Origin: Azolla caroliniana
Lineage: Eukaryota > Plantae > Polypodiophyta
Assembly: GCA_043228905.1 (NCBI GenBank)
Contig: JBHGNT010000017.1
Location: forward strand, 14,508,001 to 14,572,000
Reading direction: 5' to 3'
Length of the DNA: 64,000 nt
Positions 23,749 through 36,400 of the stretch are shown piece after piece (within the stretch, counting starts at the first letter, position 1; each line of letters opens with the position of its first letter). The notes under the pieces are model-generated. The model was given only the letters and a program-made list of their open reading frames with translations. It was not told where the DNA came from and ran no database searches. Position numbers and translations under genes: made by a program.

Positions 23749-25652
23749 ACAGACGCATGGAGTCAACTACAAAGAGACATTTGCCCCAGTGGCAAAGATG
23801 ACGGATGTGCAGACCGTGATCGCACTCGCAGTGACGAAAGGGTGGCACCTCCACCAAATGGACATCAAGAACGCCTTTCTTCAAGGTGAATTAGAAGAGG
23901 AGGTGTACATGGTATAACCACCCGGCTTCGAATCCAACATTCATCCGAAAGCCATATGCCAACTCAAGAAGCCTCTCTATGGCCTCAAGCAAGCACCGCA
24001 TGCTTGGCATTCGAAGATTATGCAATACCTTCATCAAATCGGCTTTCGAATGTCGAAATCCAACAACACCCTCTACATATGAAACGAGTCTAGAAGCTCA
24101 ATTGTCATCATCCTATGCATGGATGATCTGGTTATTGGAGGAAAAAGTTTAGTCGACATCAACAAGGTGAAATCCCTCCACTCCAACAAATTTGAGATGA
24201 CGGATATGAAGGAACTTCATTACTTCCTAGGCATCGAAGTAATTCAGATTCTGAACGGGATTATGATCTCTCAACGACACTACATTCTTAACTTATTATA
24301 CAAGTTCAGGATGACAGAGTGCAAATCTGTGGCAACCCCTCTCGATTGAAACCTCAAACTAGATGCCGACTCCGACACAGACGAGTGTGAGCCGACTCAA
24401 TATTGACAACTGATCAGGAGCCTCATCTATCTCTCGACCTCAACTATGCGATCGGCCTCCTTAGCCAATTCATGCAAACTCCACGAGATATCCATTTTGA
24501 TTTCGCTAAGCGAGTATTACAATACGTGAGTGGCACAATGGATTACGACACCCTCTACGCATCGGCCACACCAATTCGACTTGAAGGGTACACAGATGCC
24601 GATTGCGCCGGCTATAGAGCTGATTGACGATCGACCTCTGGATTGATCTTCTCGCTCGGTAGTGGAGCAATATCTTGGAGTAGTAAGAAGCAACCTACCA
24701 TCGCACTTTCGAGCACGGAGGCTGAATACAGGGGCTCGGCCGTAGCTGCATGTGAAGCCGTATGACTCAAGAGGATTTTGACGGATCTGGGCGTTCCCAT
24801 CAAGGATTCAACTCCCATTTACTGCGACAACATGAGTAGTATATATCTTGCTCGGAAACCGGTGTTCCACGCACGCATAAAGCATATCGAAGTGCACTAC
24901 CACTTCATTCGAGAGCATGTTTAGGCCGGAGATGTCGATCTTCTACACATCAACACGAATCTTCAGATAGCCGACATCTTCACCAAGGCCCTAGGAGTCG
25001 AGAAGCTTCGACAATTCACGTCATACCTCGGATTGACGATCCCTGAATTGCCAAGCTTGAGGGGGAGTACAAGCGAGAACCGGATACCGTCGGAACTGGG
25101 TATGAGCCGAAGTGGACACCGGAGATCGTCTGAACCGGATACTAGCCGAAGCGAACATCAATCGAAAGGAACCGACCTGAGTTGAGCTTGAGGGGGCATT
25201 TTGAGAATCAAGCTCAACATAGTGCAACGTGTGAACACACCTTTTGAGAATCTATGATTACTCAAAGGTCAAGAGTCACACCACTACTCTCTACACGTTA
25301 ACTATGTGTCATAGAATATGATTCTATGACACATAACTAATGAGTTACATACTCCCCATGACTATGAGTCTTCACATTCCCCAAGAGAGAGAGTGGTTGT
25401 TGTAGTTAGTTAATGAAGAGAGAGGGTGACTATATATAAAGCACTCTCCTCACACTTCATACTAAGTTGGTTGTGACTCCTTGTAATGCTACATTTTTGT
25501 ATCCCTTACTTTACTTGTGAATATACACCTTCTTCTTGAGTATTCATTTCTCTATCTATCTTGTGTTCTCTATTCTCTCCTCTAATTCCTCTCACACATA
25601 CACATAACACACATCTCTTTCGCTACACAAGAATCATACCCGATTCTTTACA
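23749..25652 (+). mobile_element. Copia element C (A-related): degenerate RT-RNase H and 3' LTR
   Basis: [39 protein letters not shown]-like tracts at 25057 and 25188. LTR at 25199-25652. Interrupted by G2 at 23748. Confidence 0.85.
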
Positions 25653-25659
25653 ATGTACC

Positions 25660-26450
25660 TATCATTAAACTTGAGATTCTCACGACTTTCATTCGCACCA
25701 TCACAACAAACAGGCTACCACCAATGCTTGTTTCGAATTTTCATTGATACAACCATAGTGAGGATTGACACGTGCACTCCTAGCTTGTGTGAAGCTTATT
25801 GAAAACATTCCACATCATGCGGAATATGTAGCTCATTGGTTCTACAAAACAATTCTCTTAGGGATATGACATCATGGTTTTCTAACGTAAGACTAGGTAA
25901 CAGATTGTCAAAGCCTCAATTACTTGGTTAGTGAAGTACAAACCCTAACCACTCATGAGCTTAATAGGACACCCACAATCACATGAAATGTTTTCATAGG
26001 TAAATGGAGCCATGGACACGAACATGTTATTTCAAAGCGTAGTGGCCTCCACCCACTTAGTATAGTAGTCTGTTCCCAAGATGATATAACAATTCCCCTA
26101 GGTTTTCCAAGAAAATAGCTTTGATCTTATATGCTCAAAATGCCACTCAAATGAGTAATTATTGTGTTACACAAATTGATTAATCACCTTTGTAAGTGAT
26201 ATGGGTCTTTATTAAAGTAAGAACAAAATCCTTCCAAATGTTGCATAATCAATGACAAATTGATCGATTAATGCCTTTTTTTCCCATTGAATATCATTTG
26301 TGAGGAGGCCATAGTATTCACTTGATGTTCCATGATAAAAACGTCAAAATCTTCTAACAAAGGGACCGTTTTAAAGAAATGACACAAACCATATTATGTG
26401 AGTGTCAAGCTTTTTAACATCATTTTGACTAAACCAACTCAAGTAGTGGA
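25660..26450 (-). pseudogene. Highly degenerate gypsy integrase relic
   Basis: Minus-strand translation near 26070-26040 gives GTDYYTKWVEA; near 25980 it gives CGCPIKLMS. Confidence 0.6.
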
Positions 26451-27325
26451 TATTGGGATGCATTTGAATCACTAAACACACACTTGTTTCAAGAACCATT
26501 GAATTGAGACGTTCTACTCTCAAATGCACTAGGATATTCATATTTGATTCTTTGGGGGAGAGTTTTGTACTTTTGACACTTGTTGTCACTAAGTTAATTG
26601 AGGGGCTTCCAATTGTTGGACATGTTTAGCTAGCTCATCGTTTTGTTTTGCCTTCTTTGCATTGACGTTTCCTAGGTTTCCTTCTCTTACTCTAGTTCCA
26701 CAAACTTGTTTGTGATGCAACCAAGCTTTGGCAAGTTGATGCACATGTATTCTTTCTTATTAATGAATTCTACATCTACAAGAACAACTTGGTAAGGATC
26801 TTGAAACTAGAAGACGTGAATTCTAGTTGGAACTCTCAATCCCCGAAGCATAAAACAATACTAGATTAAGAATAAGGAAAATAAAGTGTATTATAATTAG
26901 AAGGGCTACAAAGTTATGTCGAAGACAAATTTGAATGGGAGTGTTTTGATCATTGATGACCATGAAGTTTTTCTTATATTGTGTAATGATGTAATTGTAA
27001 CAAGGTACACATGGAGGAGGTCATTGGTTCAAGTTCCCTAAATCCTACCACATATTGTATGCTCATGACACCACCACCAATGGTGTGCTCAACCAACAAC
27101 ACCTTTCCTTTCATGCCTTGCAGAAATTGTTTAAGGACCTCCCAAATGTCGTCTTGCTTGGGGTTTAGGGTTTATTTCTAGAGTTTTGCAAACAATATAG
27201 GTCTCTATAGTTCTCAATTTGCTAAGGACCGGATTTGCAAAAATGGCATTGAGAGTAGTGTATATGCCTCAAATTTTGGCAACACATAGATCAAGAGTGA
27301 TGGTGGAATGATAGGGACACTACAT

Positions 27326-27496
27326 TGTAATGCTACCTTTTGTATCTCATATTCTCCTTGTGAATATACACTTTCTTCTTGAGTATTCTATCTAATCTAT
27401 ACTGTGTTTTCTCTTCTCTTCTCTCTTTCCTCTCACACATATACATAACACACATCATCTCTTCCGCTGCACAAGAATCATATCTGATTCTTTACA
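27326..27496 (+). repeat. Partial copy of the 3' end of the element C LTR
   Basis: Matches 25482-25652 (TGTAATGCTAC...GATTCTTTACA). Confidence 0.8.
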
Positions 27497-28487
27497 ATTA
27501 ATAACCTACATCTTCTTAGTTACAACCCCGAGACCGATAAAACTTTAATCTCTCATGAGGATTGTAATAAAGCAATACGCCAAGAAATATAACAAATTTA
27601 CACTCAACATAAATTGTTCAACCCACTAGAGCCACTCCCATCTAACATGTTGTGCTATTAGGAACACTTCATGCACTTCACCAAGTTAGATTTTATTATA
27701 TGACCAAAATATCTAGATATGTTCTTACCAAATGCACTAAGGGTTGGCATTGGACAACTTAGAGTATTATCTCACCAACTTGAGGTTGAGAATGGTTGTG
27801 CTAATGGAGTCCTTAGAGAGGAAAGGTTAGGTAAATTATGTCACATAGAGGTAGAGGACAAGTATCACTTTACATGCAAGTGTCCAACTTACATCAAGAT
27901 AAGGGCTGATATATCTTAGAGCTAAAACAACATACTAGAGAGAATACGCCACAAAATGCTAACCATAACCTTTCTAATATTCACCAATATGTAATCAATG
28001 AATTTTTTCAGGGATAGGAGGGATGATGAGAGTGGACACTCTTGCACCACTCGACCTCTCCATCATTGAAGCAGAAAGTCAAAGAACAACCAAATGCCCT
28101 CGGATGTCGGGCCTCAAAGTCGCTCGTTGTGTAGAAGCAATTGCGAAGATAAGGGAATGTGAATTACATCACCTACCTACAAGCTATAGTTGGGTACCTT
28201 TTACATCAAGACCACATGCCACATCCACATCAAAACCCTTTGACCTCAAGCTTTTTTTTGAGAGACTTGGATAGAAATGAAACTAGGCCTAGCACATAGC
28301 CCTTTCCTTTATTGTAGATGTTACACCATAACACCTTTGTACAATACTAGAACTCTTTTATCTATGTTTATTTTATTTTTATTTTGGATGATTGGCTACA
28401 CATCCAATTTTGTTGTAACCAATTGTTTCATTGGCCAAGCTTGGTCTTGGAAGACGTTAATATTTCTTTCTTTCTTTCTTTCTTTTC
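27497..28487 (+). mobile_element. 5'-truncated non-LTR retrotransposon (LINE ORF2 C-terminus plus microsatellite tail)
   Basis: ORF 27719-27919 LRVLSHQLEVENG...REERLGKLCHIEVEDKYHFTCKCPTYIKIR resembles the LINE C-terminal zinc-finger region (R..SH.L.IE.GR...R.C..C..EDE.HF...CP.Y). Ends in (TTTC)n at 28463-28487. Confidence 0.65.
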
Positions 28488-28559
28488 TATCTCTATATCT
28501 CTGTCTATATAAGTTTAAAAGTATATAAATGACTTAATTGGTTCCTAGATTAGAGAGAG

Positions 28560-28955
28560 AAGAGTGTTTCCCAATGTGCACTAGATTGTGACCTAGAAGT
28601 TGCTCGTAATTGCACACTCACTTCATATGAGATTGTGAAATGGAAGTTGCATGTTAGTCACCCTCCATGATCCTTGGCTGATATATGAATGAGGTGTTGC
28701 TTTCTAGACTAGCCTATGGCATGGGCATACCTCAACTTCTACCCGTACTATTTTTTGACAACTAGAGTATCATTGCGTCCGCTAAAAAACAAATGTATTA
28801 TGCGAACACGCAGTGGTGTGCAATACCATATCATTAGGGAATGCATAGTTGGTTGCATTAGTCTTGAGAAGGTGGTTTGTCATGAAAATGCCGCAAATGC
28901 ATTGACCAAAGGTCTATCATATGAAGTTTGTGTGCACCTATGGTCACATCCATAA
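28560..28955 (+). pseudogene. Degenerate copia RNase H fragment
   Basis: RTRSGVQYHIIRECI...LEKVVCHENAANALTKGL resembles the copia RNase H end (RTKHI.V.YH.IRE...EN.AD.LTK.L). Confidence 0.6.
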
Positions 28956-30423
28956 ATTTAATGTGGTCAAAGATTACAAGCAAGTGTAGATGATAAGTAC
29001 CTTAGGTAAGCTTTAATGTGGATTCATGATGGACAAGTGAGCAAATGGTTTCATACTCTCCCCAAGAATGCAATTACATCATTAGGACATTAGGTTTAAT
29101 ATACAAGTGCAAGCTCAAGGAGAAGACAAATAAGTCCTTAGGTTTAATGTCCAAGTCTAAGCTCATTCAAGACCTATACAATTAAACCTTGTACGATTTC
29201 CTCATACTTCAGAATAGTTAATTGGCATAAGCATGCCAAACATAGCTAACAGGACAACTTAACCAACCTTCACACCCCTAACCTAGCACCAACAATTTGA
29301 AAGACAAGCTCACTTTAGCACATACTCCAAGAGTATAGGAATGGATGGACATTTAAAAGGCATACACACTATGCCATTCCTAAGAATATCATATGGGAAA
29401 ATTCCAAGAACACATTGCAACAGGTTTTGAAAGGTTTACAGAAGATAAACCACATCAAACATATATCCAGACCAGTGATAATAAAGATATAGATGTGACA
29501 AGCAACATCCCGACTATAATCCACCCATAAGAAAAGCTTCAGTTAGGATGAAAAAGCATGATAGAACATGGATACTAAACTGACCTCAACAACTTTGTGC
29601 TATTGATATTGAAAGCCTTGAAATAACTGTACAAAGTCAAGACGGATATCATAACGGTCAAGAACTGGCAAGCTTAACTTCCAAGAATCCACTGAGCAAT
29701 ACACTGCATCTGAAGTTCCACGAAACACAAAGTAACATACACCATACAAGTAAGAAATTTCAAACATATTTCAACTATAAGAAACCCACTATAAACACTT
29801 TACATTAGATCATCTGAATCAAATGAGGATAATAAGGTATAAAATTTTCCTGTACATAAGAAGCCTAGTTACGCAGCAGCCTAGGCTGAGACTCATGTCC
29901 AGATTCTGAATTAGGACCAACCAAACAAATTCCAAGGCAAGGTTGGAACGAACATTTAAAATATTTAATGAAGTTCTGAAATAGCCAAGGCCAAACTTGG
30001 CAGTTGGAAAATGCGGCAAACCTGAACAAGCCTCTAGATTTACCAGCACTCTGCATTGCGTGCAAAGGAAACAATACAGAGCATGCAGTGGACGTATGGT
30101 CCTTTCAGCCCCTTGTTAATGTAAAAAGCCCCGAGCCATGAAGCCAAAGCTAACTCAGGCCCTCAGATTTTCCGACTATACCGAGCAGAATTATGCAATC
30201 ATTATGCTCAAGATTGAACACTTTTCACATCAACAAGGAACATGAACATGGGCCATGCATATAACTGCAGCCACCACTGCACTCAAGGTTGGATGTGACA
30301 TCTATCCAGACTTCAGCATCAAGTGAAACCACTAAAATAGAGTGCAACCATCACTGCACCAAGGTTAGACCCTCAACATGGTGTAACCATGAAGCAAATA
30401 CATGTTAAAAACCAAAAAGGGTG

Positions 30424-33400
30424 TCAGCCATTATATTGCATGCGCTGGTGTTGGGTTTGCTGCTGCCGAGGCTGCTGGTTAAATGGCTGAGTATATTGTG
30501 TGAATGGCTGGGAGTATATATGGTTCATCATTCCCTACAAGAAAGAGCAAATCATTCATTTATAAGTGTTCCATCTATTTCGCCGCTTAGCAAATTACTT
30601 CAAATTCTACCATACCTGCGATGGAAGATGGCCAAAACGAGCTTGGCTAGCCGGATCATCTTGCATCCGATCATTATATCCAATTTGCGTAAATAATCCT
30701 TGTGATCCATGAGACATATAGTCCTGTAAACTTAAATATTAAGCATGTGACTGAAGCAAAGCATCACTCTCATAGTAATTGGCAGCTAAAATCAACTGCT
30801 AACCTGGGATGCAAAATCATTGCCTGGGGTTGCATGTGAATATCCACTTTGCGAATTCGAGTTCAGAAAATCACCAGCAAATGAGTTTTGAGTTGCTTGG
30901 GTCACATAGTCAACTCCATACCCAGTTTGTGCAGCCTATCAACAACAATAAAAATACAAAGACATTGGAGAAACTAAGAAGCAGCACAATGCATAAATGT
31001 CCACCAAAAATACCTGTGTTGAAAATTCTGCAGCGGTATATGCCACATGAGAACCCTGGCTCTTGAAGTCATCACCTAGAAAATCCTGTTACATGACAAA
31101 AACGCTTCGAGATTGATTGCATGACAAAAGACCAACAAGCGCCATGTACACACTCACAAAAAAGCACTATATAAATAAAAATGAGAATTGCTTTATGAAA
31201 GTTGAACAGAAACTGCACCTGTGACATCCCACCTAACGAAAACCCGTCTCGAAGATTTTGGCTCAAACCTTGAGAGGGCATCTGTATCAACAGTAAAGGA
31301 GGCAGCTAGTTCACGCACCCAGAAAATTGAAAGTAACAATGAAGTATTTTAAATGACAACATGTCAGCCATACCTGTGTCATCAATCCAGTTTGAGATAG
31401 AGGCCCACCAACTGACGCCTGGCTACTGGGATTGTCGATACCCCCAAAGTTGAATCCAGAACCAAGGCTTCCCAGCTGCTGTCCCAATTGATGATGAGGA
31501 AGATGCCCTCCTATTGGACCACCAGTACTGCCACGCCCCATTCCAAAACCTCTATTCCCTGCTTGTGGGCCTTGAGGTGCCCCACCAATCGGTCCATGAA
31601 CAGCACCTCGTGAGGGGATTGCATATGGTTGGGTAAGAGGAGCAGCGAATGCAGGAAGAGGAATCCGGGGCATTGGATAAGGAGAACCTGTGGGCTTGTG
31701 GTTACCATTTGGGAGCGGCCCCCCATATGACATGTATGAACTTCCTGTCACATATACAAAAGTTCCTCTTCATTGTAAATAAAAGTCAATGCATATGCAT
31801 GCCTCAATAAGTGATATGAAATAACCAACATAAATCACCTCGTCCATCAACTTTACCACGGCCGTTTCCTCGCCTATCAACAAGCCCAGGAGAACCACTA
31901 GCAGTTGGTACAGGTACAAAACCATCTCCAGGAACCAAAGATCCACCCGGATAGACTCTTCTGTCATTATATACCTGCAAAGGAAAAACGAATTATTTAA
32001 CAAGGCTTTCATCTGTATATGATAATAAAATCATGAGAAAAATATATATATACCTTCTTTGGTTTCTGGAACTGAACCATACTTTGCTTCAAATTATTGA
32101 GTGGACCTTCAACAAGGCATTCATGCTCCTTCATTGACCAAGAAAGCATGGTTAATAAATAAAAGATACAGAAATCTTACGAGCGTTTGGCAATTTGGAC
32201 CATCAATAGTGCATGAACAGAAGCAACAGATACCTTATAATGAGTCAACAAGCTGTTCCACAATGGCTGTTTACTTAGGACCTTCGGATTTCCCAGGATA
32301 ACTATACCATATCTTGCTCTTGTTAATGCAACATTCAAACGACGAGGGTCGTTAAGGAAACCAATTCCCTATATGCAGCACTGAATTGATTCAAAGATAT
32401 GATCAAATATGTAAAATAAAGAGATTTACAATACAAAATTCACTTGCCTGGTGTTCATTACTCCTCACACAAGAAAGAATTATGAAATCCTTCTCTCTAC
32501 CTTGGAAGGAATCAACGCTAGCAACCTAACGAAAGCAGACAGTTTTTTCATACAAGTTAATCAGCAATAACACCATTTCTCATTGAGTATGTATAAGATT
32601 CCATACCTCGATATCCTTATATAATTGCTGCCGCAATGAACCATTCCTTGCCATATGGTTTACAATATATGCCCGCTGACCCTCATAAGGAGTAATTACA
32701 CCAATCTGAACAAGGAGGTAAAGGTTATTAGATGAATGGAAGTTGAGAACATCACTGCAATAAAATTTACAGTTAGTTTTCTTTACCTGACTTGACACAA
32801 CTCCACTTTTCAGGAAAGTTGTCACAATCTTCTCTACATTTGCAGCTTCTGTTCTGTTAAGATATGAAGTGCCACTTGCACTGATTTCTTCTTGTCCCAT
32901 CTGCTCACCAAAAGTAAGACATTTAATTCAAAGTTCATGTCTGAAAACTCCAAATTTTTTATTTACCATATCTATATGATTCAATTAATGCCCGAAACGA
33001 TTAATTTGAAGTTTATGCAAGCAAACCTGAACATAAAAGAACATTGGACGATTTGGCACAGGCCAAGGAAAGTCAATTCCTACAGATAACCGTTCGTTCA
33101 TAGTAATGCCATTCTGTAGAGTACCCTCATAGAAATTATTTGAAGGAAACTCTGAAAGAGCTGGATGCATACGATATTGCACCTGCAAGCAAAGACAAAA
33201 TAAGATTCGAAACCTCTGCAATGACCATCATAAAGTATATAATGATATGGATTCATGGAAAAGGTTGTACCACTAGACGTATTGGCTTCACTCCAAGCAA
33301 AACAAGGCGTTCAAACAATGACTGTGCAAGGCCTGCCCGTGCTGCTTTTTTACACATTATCACGGGGCCAAGTTGACAGTGATCACCTACCAAGACCAAC

Positions 33401-36400
33401 TTTACAGGAAAAAACACCACCCTGTAAATTCAACACCTGGTAGATACTTACAGAACTCATATATATTATAAGAAACACATCTTACCTGCTTTGCACCCAG
33501 TACTAGTGGTATTAGACATTCTGGTTCTGTTGCTTGAGTACTCTCATCAATTAACACCTATATGAAAGTCAACTAAACCTAAAGATCTGATGACAAGCAT
33601 AATTTTTCAGTTTTACACTAACACATCCCACTCACAGACCTGTCGAAACCTAAAATTGAGAAGCCTTGGATCTCCAGCACCGACACATGTACAACAGATA
33701 ACGTCTGCACTTTGTGCGATCTCTCGCTCAGTTGCCCTTTTTAGTGCCTTGTATTTCTTCTCATCAGCACTGGACAGCTCACCTAAAATTTCGAACGCAA
33801 TCAAGTAACCTGTTGCAAATTTATAGTGAATGCAGTGGTAGATGGATAGTTATCAAACCTTGTTCATCTTTCAAGAGTTGTAATTTGTGAAGCTCGCTTT
33901 TCTCAGAAGTATCCAAATGCCTCACCTGTTCATGGGGGAAATGCAACTTTAATTTAGACTTCTACCTAGCCCACTTGGTTTCCTTTAATTATGTCATTCT
34001 TTCAAGAAAACTCATTTGACAGAAGATAATGACCTGATAATGTAAAGTCAGATGTTCCACAGGAGAACTAACTGCCTCTCGAGACTTTGCACATAATCTG
34101 ACTACCTGGGATACCGAAAGTTTTAATGGAAAAACAACACGGGAAGTGAAACGCCCATTAATTTTTAAAGAAAATACCTTCAATCCAGTAGCACTTATCT
34201 TCTCTGAAAGTTGGTCCACTGCAACATTACTTGGGGCACATACTAGGACCTAAATGATGCAAGTACTTAGTACACAAACCATCAACATAACAAAACAAAA
34301 TAAAATATAAAACCAAAAATGAAAATAAATGCAATTACTTGTCCTTGGCCTTGCTTAGCAAGGTGATACACAATAGCTGCAGATGTAACAGTTTTCCCAG
34401 TCCCAGGTGGACCTTGTATTAAGCTGACTGGTTTTTGTAGCACACTCTTGACAGCATAAACCTACAAACAGCGGCTATGTTAAGAAATTCAAGTTACCAC
34501 ACGGTGTCCACCACAGTGCATGATTTTATTTCAGACCAACGTAAACTTCTCTTCACAAGACCAAAATATCGAAGTTTATATTAACTACTGCTGATAAAAA
34601 ATTGTAAGGAGATTGCCAATTTGTGAGTTGCCGAGTATTGATCTGCCTAAATAACGACTTCTTGGAGACCCCCCACTTATTACCATTTGAAACTCTTAGC
34701 TCCTTTGACCATTCCATTAGAAAATCATAAATACATGTACCAAAACATTAAATTTCAAACTTCCCAAGCAATATGCATTGAATCTATGTCTATGTGAAGG
34801 AAGTCACTGATTGATTCGCTTAACACACATACATTTACATCATAAAAAACCAAGAGTTCAAAATTGAAAACATAAACCCTATATGACAAACAGATGGACC
34901 AATATTTAAGGAAAGCTAAAAGTTGAAAAAACAGAAACTGGATGTGGATAAAACAAGAAAAGACTAATGACTTTGGACATATCTGATATGTAAGTGGCAA
35001 ATGCGAAAAGAAATGTATTTGATTGATAGCAACCTGTGACGCATTCAATTCTGGAAGCCCTGGTGCACCAAACCGGCGAGGTAAAGTATTGCGAATCAAT
35101 TGTGCTTCAACATCGTGCCCTAATAATCGGTGATAAATGTACCTGCAGAAGTACATCACATATTACATCATGTTTAATTGCACCTTAGCACAGGACATTG
35201 ATTGCAACATTAATCATAAAACTTACCCGCTAACACTGGTATCATCTACAGCAAGGGTTTTCATAGCTGTCTGCATTCTATCAAAACTTGTGCTCTTCCA
35301 AACAAAGTCAACGCTGAAATTGTGACTCACATCAATTGGAACACCCTAGCAAACAACAATTCTCAATACAGAGCCTAAATTCTTTGGGGATTGCATATGA
35401 TTTAGGAAAGCCAAGTTACCTGGCTTGCTCTCAACTCAAGGGCAACTTCCTCCTGTGCAGTTAGTTTGATCTGCATAATTACAAGTTACTTAATAAGATG
35501 GCCAATCAAACTCATTAATCAAGTCAGAAATTTGAGAATGATGCTTTGAAGATTAGTTTTCGATACTATTTGCATCAGCTATTTTCAGGTTCCAAGATCA
35601 GTGTTTTATAGAAACTACAAAGCTATTTTCTGCATATTAAGATGCCCAGAGCAGCAAGCATATCACTAACCTAAACTTAAACATGTTAAAATAAATCAAT
35701 TTCACAATTATCTACAGTTACACAGGAATCTTACCACATGGCCAACAGACTGCCATGGTGCATGTGTGCTGTCTCCCGGATATCGTAAACGTAATTCATC
35801 ACCAGGAACAAGTCTCAATTCATTGTCTTCCTGGTAAAAAAAGACATTAGCATAAAAAGTTAAAATAATAAAGAGCTTTGGAATAAACAGAGCACATGTA
35901 TTGCCCATTAGCAAAACAGAACATTGTACATAGTAACACGGACCTAAAACCTCTCGATTTGGCCTTAATATTAATGCACATAAGTGCTGAGAAAAACTTA
36001 ATTGAATTTCTTCCAATCTAGGATGTTGCGAATCTTTCATAGCTCTTAATAAGGCAGAAAATTTCAAATTCACAAAATTCAGTCCAATGACTTGACTGCC
36101 CCCGTACCTTTGGAAAAACAAAATAGGCCACGCGCTTCTTGTTGAGGCCAACATCCCAGCGCACAACTATATTGTCTTTGCTTTGTGATTCTTTCATCAT
36201 CTGACAGTACATGGTTCGCAATTAGCTTCTCAAACATAGTGAAATAAAAACACATTACACCAATTCTATACATAATACTACCTTATCATAATCTGCCTCC
36301 AGCTTTACCAAAGGCCCAAACACATTTTGATACTGCAATATAATAGAATAACAACTGCCCATCAGATTAAATTTCTCATTTCATAGTTCAAGCCTCCCTA

